Below, one piece after another: positions 57,960-64,000 of a stretch of DNA of 64,000 nucleotides. The stretch comes from an uncultured delta proteobacterium. Lineage in GTDB: Bacteria > Myxococcota_A > Polyangia > Polyangiales > Polyangiaceae. The notes under the pieces were generated by a model, which made no database searches, was not told the DNA's origin, and saw only the letters and a list, made by a program, of their open reading frames with translations. The position numbers and the translations under genes are program-made. The stretch's first letter is position 1. Each line of letters starts with the position of its first letter. Where the stretch lies: NCBI GenBank assembly GCA_963782055.1, contig CAWAIF010000002.1, forward strand, positions 492,581 to 556,580, given 5' to 3'.

Positions 57960-59177
57960 TCATCGCGCCGCCGGCTGCGACCGGGACGTCCTCCAATCCG
58001 CGGACCACCGCGGATTCGCCCAGTGCACCCACGGGCCGAGAGGGGGGGGCGCCACGGGCAACGGCGGCAGTTCTTGATTGTTCACGTCGTACGCGAGCAG
58101 GCCGTCGTTGTTGCCGCTGATGCAGGATCGCACGGCTGCCGAGAACGCTGCGCCGGTTGCTGCTCCGAGGCCTGTATCGCCGTCCATTGCGCGACGCGAA
58201 AAGAAGCCGCATACCAGCCCCGAGCGAAGGTCAGTCGCAGGGGCGATGACGAAGACCGGCGTACGACCAATCGCGGGTCCTACGGTCGCCCTGCCTGGGA
58301 CCACCCTTCGAGGTCGCTGGTTCTCCCGGAGTGTGTGCAGGAGCACAGCCGAGCGGTAGTCGATGTAGTTGCCGGCCGGGGCCATGCTCGCCAGCGGCGT
58401 CGCGAGCACGCAGATCACGCAGTCGGCTCCCAGCGATCCTTGCGATAGGAGGGCGTTGATGGGAAGGTTCGAGTAGATGCCCCCGTCCGCGTACGATGAG
58501 GTCGAGTCACGCATCGGCCCGATAAAGGGTAGGCACGCGGACGTCGCAATGGCCGTTATCCGGTCGATACGGTGCCCGTCGGCGGCAAACTCCGCATCCG
58601 TGTCGCCGGGGGCTGACATGAAGGTGCAGAGGTTTTGATCGTCGAAGACCTCCGGAAGGTCCGGCGTCGTGATGTCGGTGGCGTAGAGGTAGGTATAGAT
58701 CGCCGCGGGTACCAAGAGAGGATCGAGTAGTCGCAGAAAGACCTCTCGAAAGGCGTCGAACTCCACCAGCGGCGCGCACCGTTTGCATCGTCGCCCGCCC
58801 AGCGCAATTGAGAGGGCGTGGCTGGCGCAGGGCGCGGCCCCACGTCCCAGGCTGGGCCCGAGCATACGAAGGAGGCGCAGTCGACTTCGCGGGATCGCGC
58901 CCCAGAAGGCGTTGAACGGATCGTCGTGAGGTTTGGCCAGCTTCGCCGATGTGAGCCAGGCGTTGATCGCTCCTGCGCTCGTACCCATCGCGGCGATCGG
59001 CCTTACTAGGCCGCGCCCGATTGTCGCGTTGAGGACACCGCCCTGCCAGCCTCCCTTTGCTCCTCCACCCTGGATACAGACCAAGGCAGTAAGATGTCCC
59101 TGCTGCTGGAGCCTGTGCCGCAGTAGCGGGTACGCGCTAGGTTCGTCGAACTCAATCTCCACGTCGCTGTGGGCCAT
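57960..59177 (-). CDS. Patatin-like phospholipase
   Basis: GGGAKG, GTSAG, DGG catalytic motifs. Confidence 0.9.
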   Translation of the reverse strand: MAHSDVEIEFDEPSAYPLLRHRLQQQGHLTALVCIQGGGAKGGWQGGVLNATIGRGLVRPIAAMGTSAGAINAWLTSAKLAKPHDDPFNAFWGAIPRSRLRLLRMLGPSLGRGAAPCASHALSIALGGRRCKRCAPLVEFDAFREVFLRLLDPLLVPAAIYTYLYATDITTPDLPEVFDDQNLCTFMSAPGDTDAEFAADGHRIDRITAIATSACLPFIGPMRDSTSSYADGGIYSNLPINALLSQGSLGADCVICVLATPLASMAPAGNYIDYRSAVLLHTLRENQRPRRVVPGRATVGPAIGRTPVFVIAPATDLRSGLVCGFFSRRAMDGDTGLGAATGAAFSAAVRSCISGNNDGLLAYDVNNQELPPLPVAPPPLGPWVHWANPRWSADWRTSRSQPAAR

Positions 59178-59591
59178 GCCGGGCACGCCCCCAACCGGAA
59201 CGTACCGAAAATCGTACCGCGATCGAGCGAGAAGGGGAAATTGATCCCCTTATGCGAAGGCGCCGCGTCCGCCGCCACTGGAATGATGGACCAGGCCGGT
59301 CCGGCGCTAGGTTGACGCGCTCATCGGGCATCCCGGTGGGCCGGCGGTCGCGGGAGTCAGGCGGCGGGTGAGTCATCCGCGGCGAGGTCGAGCAGCTCGT
59401 CGCGTCGCGGGCCCGGGTGGCTGCGACGGCTTCGGCAGCGAGGTCGAGCGCGTGGAGGCCGCGGGCCACGGTCTGGTCGTCGGTGACGGAGGCGGTCGCC
59501 GCAGCTCGGGCGCGACAGCAAGTCGGTCATCCTGGCCCCCGGACCCCTCAGGCGCCGCGGGGCCCGCTTAGCATCGTGCGACCGGGCGGTG

Positions 59592-60037
59592 TTATCTCGG
59601 CTGCCGCAGCGCCTGCCTGACCATCCCCACCGCCCGCTTCACGTCCCCCTCCACCAGCCCCCGCCTCGATCCTCAGCACCCGAAACCCCATCGCCTCGAT
59701 CGTCCGCTGCCGCCGCGCATCCGCCTCCGGATGCCCCGCCGCCCGGTGCACCCCGCCGTCCACCTCCACCACCAGCCGCTCGCTCAGCGCGACGAAGTCC
59801 ACGATGCGCGTGCGCGTTCGCCCGGAGGGCGAACGGCAGGCCGATGCCGACCGACCGGAGGGAGGGAAGGCATGCACGTCCCACCCAGCACGTGCTGCCG
59901 CCTGGATTCGAGGCCGAGCCCGTGGCTCGGCCGAAGAACGAGACCGACCGAGGCCGCAGGCCGAGGGAAGGTCATGCCACTTCACCCCGCAGCACCGCCG
60001 CGCCTGCAGCTCCCGCCAACAGAGGCGCACGCCTCCG
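59592..60037 (-). pseudogene. Decayed DUF559 (Vsr-like) endonuclease, paralog of 63321-63698, with two palindromic inserts
   Basis: Near-identical DNA to 63340-63620 apart from inserts at about 59804-59875 and 59904-59976, a +1 base near 59667 and a lost N-terminus. Confidence 0.85.
59804..59976. repeat. Two adjacent 68-73-bp palindromic inserts (same family as 4242-4319)
   Basis: Absent from the intact paralog. Hairpins CGTTCGCCC-GGA-GGGCGAACG and GGCCGAGCC-CGT-GGCTCGGCC; shared tail GACCGA...GAGGGAAGG(T)CATG. Confidence 0.8.
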
Positions 60038-60087
60038 TGCCGCAGTGGCGCAACCGCGCGGGCGACAACCCTCACCAGCTCGGCTTC

Positions 60088-60198
60088 TCCCTCGCGACGG
60101 GGGTCGTGGGCGTCATGCACGCGGCGGCCGCGTCGATCCACGCGATCGGGCTGGGGCTCGCGGTTGCAACGGGCCGGGAGACGCGGCACGCCATCAAC
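60088..60198 (+). pseudogene. Short IS4 transposase N-terminal fragment
   Basis: SLATGVVGVMHAAAASIHAIGLGLAVATGRETRHAI resembles SLANGVTGVLNASVVSIAAIGRAYARLARIESKSGV of the 54134 transposase. Confidence 0.7.
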
Positions 60199-60285
60199 AT
60201 CCGGAAGGCGGTCCGTGTCGCCGTCCGCGCCGACCGGCTGGAATCGCTGTTCTGAATCGTCCGTGGTGGTGGGGTACGGTCGGCC

Positions 60286-60314
60286 TTGGTCCCATTTTGG
60301 GATCGTGCTAGAGT
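60286..60314 (+). promoter_or_regulatory. Putative sigma70 promoter with operator palindrome for higBA
   Basis: TTGGTC-N17-TAGAGT with extended TGn; TCCCA-TTT-TGGGA palindrome at 60290-60302. Confidence 0.6.
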
Positions 60315-60321
60315 TCAGCAT

Positions 60322-60615
60322 GTGCGCGTCTTCAACCGCTCTACCGTCAGAGTGTTCGCCGATGCACACGCCGACGCGCGCCAAGCCCTCTTCGCCTGGT
60401 TCGCCGAGCTCGAGCAAGCAAGCTGGAGCGGGCCGGACGACATCAAGACGGCGTACCCATCGGCCAGCTTCGTTGCGGGCAACCGCATCGTGTTCAACAT
60501 CAAGGGCAACAAGTACCGGGTCGTCGTCGCCATGAAGTACGAGTTCTTCGCCGTCTACATCCGCTTCATCGGCACGCACGCCGAGTACGACAAGATCGAC
60601 GCCACCACCGTCTAG
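60322..60615 (+). CDS. higB: Type II TA toxin HigB (RelE superfamily)
   Basis: ASW..PDDIK..YPSAS...RIVFNIKGNKYR...IRFIGTHAEYDKID. Confidence 0.93.
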   Translation: MRVFNRSTVRVFADAHADARQALFAWFAELEQASWSGPDDIKTAYPSASFVAGNRIVFNIKGNKYRVVVAMKYEFFAVYIRFIGTHAEYDKIDATTV

Positions 60616-60624
60616 GGATCCGTC

Positions 60625-61023
60625 ATGGACATCAAGCCGATTCATACCGCCGCCGACCACGCTGCAGCCCTGAAGGAGATCGAACGTCTCTGGGACAAGG
60701 CGCAGCCAGGCACGCCCAAGGGTGAGAAGTTCGAGGTGCTCTCGACCTTGGTGGACGCCTACGAACGCGAGCACATCGAGATCCCGACGCCCGATCCCAT
60801 CGAGGCCATCCGCTTCCGCATGGATCAGGAGGGGCTTACGACGAAGGATCTCCTTCCCATCTTCAAGACGCGCGCTCGCGCCTCGGAGGTCATGGCGAAG
60901 AAGCGGAGGCTGAACCTGCCGATGATCCGGCGGCTGCATGCGCGGCTCTCCATCCCGATCGAGTGCCTCGTGAGCGACTACAAGCTCAAGAAGGCCGGCG
61001 CAGGGCGCTCGAAGAACCGCTGA
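60625..61023 (+). CDS. higA: Type II TA antitoxin HigA (HTH)
   Basis: MDIKPIHTAADHAAAL...LVDAYE...PDPIEAIRFRMDQ...SEVM..KRRLNLPMIRRLH. Confidence 0.93.
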   Translation: MDIKPIHTAADHAAALKEIERLWDKAQPGTPKGEKFEVLSTLVDAYEREHIEIPTPDPIEAIRFRMDQEGLTTKDLLPIFKTRARASEVMAKKRRLNLPMIRRLHARLSIPIECLVSDYKLKKAGAGRSKNR

Positions 61024-61086
61024 AGCGCCCCGGATTTCCCGGAGGCTCCATTTCTTGAGAGGATGGAGCCATGGGAAGGAAGAGCA

Positions 61087-61256
61087 GGCCCGTCCCCCGT
61101 GCTCGCCGTCTCCCCTCGTGAAGTGGGGGCCGAAGCGTGCTCGTGATCGCGAGTCCACCGCCGCACAGAAACCCTCCCCGCCCACGAGCGAGCTTGCGAG
61201 CGAGGGGGCCGGGGGAGGGCGCTCACGCGCAGGGCCCGAAGGGCCCGAGCATGAGC
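61087..61256. repeat. Structured repeat, copy 1 (at least 145 bp shared with 63855-64000)
   Basis: 61087-61233 aligns with 63855-64000 with a few substitutions and small indels; multiple hairpins. Confidence 0.9.
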
Positions 61257-61590
61257 GGGGCGGGGCCCCTCATCCCCCCCCGCCACGAGCATCTCGATAT
61301 CCATCCTCGCGGCCGGGGGCTGCGGCGGCGAGGAGCTTCTCACCGACGGCGGGGCGGACGGCGGGCAGGACGTGGCGGTGGATGCCGGCGCGTGCCTCAT
61401 CCCCGTGTGCGGCCAGGGCGATGGTGCTCCGCCCGGCTACGCGTGGTGCCCAGCCCACCAGTTCTGCCCCGTCGGCGATGGTTGCAACGGCTGCATCTGT
61501 GACGTGCAGCCAGATGGGAGCTTGCATGTGGGCTGCACAGGTCGGGCCTGTGACTGTGCCCATCCCTTTGATGCCGCGGTAGACCCGTGA
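61251..61590 (+). CDS. Small Cys-rich lipoprotein with a +1 frameshift in a C8 run (61274-61281)
   Basis: Removing one C gives MSGAGPLIPPATSISISILAAGGCGGEEL...CPVGDGCNGCIC...GCTGRAC. Confidence 0.55.
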
Positions 61591-62065
61591 CCATGCGAAG
61601 TGGGGCCGTCCGGTCTCACCGGAGCGGCGGTGGAATGGAGTGTCGCACCTGGACCTCGCACCTCGTGACCGGCACCGTCGTGGTGGACAACCAAGGCGCG
61701 CTCGTCCGCGCGAACCTGAACCGCCGCGACGACGTCGCCGTCGCGTCGAGCAACCCGGAGTGCGGGCAGACGACGAGGTCGTCGGTCGCGATCACCGTCC
61801 ACCGCGCTTGCAGCGCGAGCTGACTCCACCACCAGCAGCTCGCTCCTGCCCGGCGTGGCCGCGCACGAAGCTCCCTCGCTCGCCCCCCCAGGAGGCCGAC
61901 CATGACCGGCGTCGGTGTGGACCCGGCGACTTACTGCGCGAGGCGGCCATCGCCGGCGCGCGCGACGGGGTGCTCCTGCCTCAGGACCTCGGCACTGACC
62001 GGACGACGCTGGGGCCGGGGTCATGCGCGGTGCCACAGGGTGGCGCGAGCAGTTACGAGCGGTCC

Positions 62066-63193
62066 TCAGCGCGCACACGCGGTCAAGACGGTCACGCTCG
62101 CACGAGCCCCAAACGCGAGATCCATGGAGCCGTCGCGGTTGAAGTCGGCGACACCCGCGGGCCAGCCCAGGCCCACGTCTTGCTCGGGCCGGAACGAACC
62201 ATCACCGTTGCCAGCCGCGATGACGAGCCTGCCCGGTTGCCCCGGAGGGCCCGGCACTGACGCCACCACGTCGACCTTTCGGTCCCCGTCCATGTCCGCG
62301 AGCAGCAGCCCGTACGCCGGCCCGCTCAATGTCACGGGTCGAGGCGCAAAGGAGCCCTTTCCGTCGTTGAGCAAGACCGCGGCGCCGGCCGCAGCCGTGA
62401 CCGCGATGTCGACGGCTCGGTCACCGTCCACGTCCCCGGTCACGAAGGCGATGGCGCTCTTCGATGGGTACACGTCGGCGACCTGGAAGCTCCCGTCCCC
62501 CGCCCCGCGCAGTATCGCGACGCTTGCGGTGCCGGAAGAGAGGACCGCGAGGTCGACGTCGCCGTCGCCATCGAAGTCTGCGCTGGCGACGGAGGTCGGG
62601 TTCACGACTCCGCTCGGGAAGCTGGTGGGAGGCCCGAACCCTCCATTCCCGGTGCCGAGGACCACGGACACCTGGTTCGCCATGTACTCGTATCGCGCCG
62701 CGTCCAGCCGACCGTCCCCGTTGAAGTCGGCGATGGTCAGCCCACCCGTGAACTGCGAGCCGGTCGCCGGCGTGATCGGCGGCTCGAGCGTCCCGTCGCC
62801 GTGGCCGAGGAGCACGCTGAGGTCCCCGTTGTGGTTCGACGTCACGAGGTCGAGCCTGCCGTCCTGGTTCAAGTCGACGAGGGCGGCGAACCCGGGCGAA
62901 TCGTACCGATTCGGGCTCGTGGCGAAGAAGGAGGGGGCGCCGAACGTTCCGTTGCCTTGGTTGAGAATGACGCTCGCGTTGCCGGCGTCCTGCGAGGTCG
63001 TGACGATGTCCGGCCAGCCGTCGCCGTTCATGTCTCCGACGAGCGTCACCATGGGGCCGAGCGCGACGGGGTAGTCGGCAGCGCGAAAGCCTGCGCACGC
63101 TCCGCCATCGCCATGGCTCGCGCCGGCATCGCCGTCGACCTGGCCGCCGCACGCGAGCGCCGCAGCGAGCGACGCGGTGAGCCACCACCTCAT
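62066..63193 (-). CDS. FG-GAP/VCBS repeat lipoprotein
   Basis: ALAC lipobox; seven D(F/M/L/V)(N/D)xDGxxD repeats. Confidence 0.92.
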   Translation of the reverse strand: MRWWLTASLAAALACGGQVDGDAGASHGDGGACAGFRAADYPVALGPMVTLVGDMNGDGWPDIVTTSQDAGNASVILNQGNGTFGAPSFFATSPNRYDSPGFAALVDLNQDGRLDLVTSNHNGDLSVLLGHGDGTLEPPITPATGSQFTGGLTIADFNGDGRLDAARYEYMANQVSVVLGTGNGGFGPPTSFPSGVVNPTSVASADFDGDGDVDLAVLSSGTASVAILRGAGDGSFQVADVYPSKSAIAFVTGDVDGDRAVDIAVTAAAGAAVLLNDGKGSFAPRPVTLSGPAYGLLLADMDGDRKVDVVASVPGPPGQPGRLVIAAGNGDGSFRPEQDVGLGWPAGVADFNRDGSMDLAFGARASVTVLTACAR

Positions 63194-63320
63194 CGTCGGA
63201 GCCTAGCAGCCCAGCCGGCGGACGTGCACTCCCGTGAGGCCGTCCTCACCACGGGCCGACGGTGACCCGCCCGCGAAGTGCAAGCGATGTCCTGTCCTGT
63301 TCCGCGAGGGAGCCGCCGCG

Positions 63321-63698
63321 TCACCTCCCGCCCCGTAGCGCCTCCCTCACCATCCCCACCGCCCGCTTCACGTCCCCCTCCACCACCCCCGCCTCAATCC
63401 GCACCACCCGAAACCCCATCGCCTCGATCGTCCGCTGCCGCCGCGCATCCGCCTCCGGATGCCCCGCCGCTCGGTGCACCCCGCCGTCCACCTCCACCAC
63501 CAGCCGCTCGCTCAGCGCCACGAAGTCCACGATGTAGCTCCCCGCCAGCACGTGCTGCCGCCGGAACTTCACCCCGCAGCACCGCCGCGCCTGCAGCTCC
63601 TTCCACAACAGCGCCTCCGATCGCGTCGCCTCCTCCCCCCGCATCCGCCGCGCCCGCTGGTGAAGGAAGAACAGAGAGGGAGCTTCGTGCGGTGCCAT
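63321..63698 (-). CDS. DUF559 family (Vsr-like) endonuclease
   Basis: ARRMR..ATRSEALLWKEL..RR..GVKFRRQH...YIVDF...LVVEVDGGVH...DARR...GFRVVR; GGGAGG RBS. Confidence 0.9.
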   Translation of the reverse strand: MAPHEAPSLFFLHQRARRMRGEEATRSEALLWKELQARRCCGVKFRRQHVLAGSYIVDFVALSERLVVEVDGGVHRAAGHPEADARRQRTIEAMGFRVVRIEAGVVEGDVKRAVGMVREALRGGR

Positions 63699-63811
63699 GC
63701 CCTCCCGAGGCGGAAGAAGCATGACAGCCGCAGTCCCGCCGCCCCCCGCGCCCCGGGAAGGCTGGCGGGCTTCTTCCGCCCGCCCGGCATGGCACCGCAC
63801 GAAGCTCCCTC
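63676..63811. repeat. Long inverted repeat (perfect 26-bp arms plus inner 12-bp stem) covering the DUF559 start codon
   Basis: 63676-63701 is the reverse complement of 63786-63811; 63709-63720 is the reverse complement of 63769-63780. Confidence 0.9.
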
Positions 63812-63854
63812 GCTCGTCCCCTCCCACCCTGGGCGGAGGACCCTCGCGGGGGAG

Positions 63855-64000
63855 GGCCCGTCCCCCCCGTGCTCGCCGTCTCCCCTCGTGAAGTGGGGCC
63901 CGAAGCGTCCTCGCGATCGCGAGCCCACCGCCGCCCAGAAACCCTCCCCGCCCGAGCGAGCTTGCGAGCGATGGGCCGGGGGAGGGCGCTCACGCGCAGG
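63855..64000. repeat. Structured repeat, copy 2 (truncated by the window end)
   Basis: Matches 61087-61233; contains the perfect palindrome CTCGCGATCGCGAG at 63910-63923. Confidence 0.9.

Noticed and set aside
57960..59177. CBASS system
   Set aside because: Patatin is present, but no CD-NTase or Cap2/Cap3 gene is recognisable in the window.
59548..61185. 545-aa minus-strand ORF as a real fusion protein
   Set aside because: It runs antisense through higBA and an IS4 fragment into the DUF559 pseudogene; chance read-through.
61587..61823. 78-aa plus-strand ORF after the small lipoprotein
   Set aside because: No signal or recognisable motif; may be a fragment but cannot be assigned.
60286..64000. 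Integron cassette array with attC sites
   Set aside because: Genes are in mixed orientation, I could not find RYYYAAC/GTTRRRY ends on the repeats, and no integrase is in the window.

Overview
Very GC-rich (about 70% by eye) bacterial DNA. Its gene repertoire points to Myxococcota, probably Polyangiales (inference): Hanks-type Ser/Thr kinases, many Cys-rich lipoproteins, DUF2330 and sigma54 promoters. About 2.4-30.0 kb is core-like: coaD, thiolase, 3-hydroxyacyl-CoA dehydrogenase, SDR, two kinases, prolyl oligopeptidase, M20 peptidase, ruvA, a MinD-like/J/HTH protein, DsbA, two DnaQ-like exonucleases and gltA. From 30.0 kb onward the window is accessory. It holds (i) Asp-box lipoprotein plus Cys-rich lipoprotein modules, including an internally deleted duplicate cassette; (ii) a defence-island-like block at about 41.7-61 kb with a type I R-M system carrying an extra PD-(D/E)xK-like gene, an Mrr remnant, a DUF3696-type ABC ATPase with an unknown partner, an IS4, an ART-like plus DUF6575 gene pair, a patatin and HigBA; and (iii) two copies of a DUF559 nuclease unit with structured flanking repeats. 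A family of about 70-bp palindromic inserts with tandem-GA and GNA-loop architecture occurs at 4.2 kb and twice inside the decayed DUF559 copy. Several single-base indels, mostly in homopolymers, suggest possible long-read assembly errors. I saw no rRNA, tRNA or CRISPR array. All family assignments are from motif recognition by eye; no database search was run.
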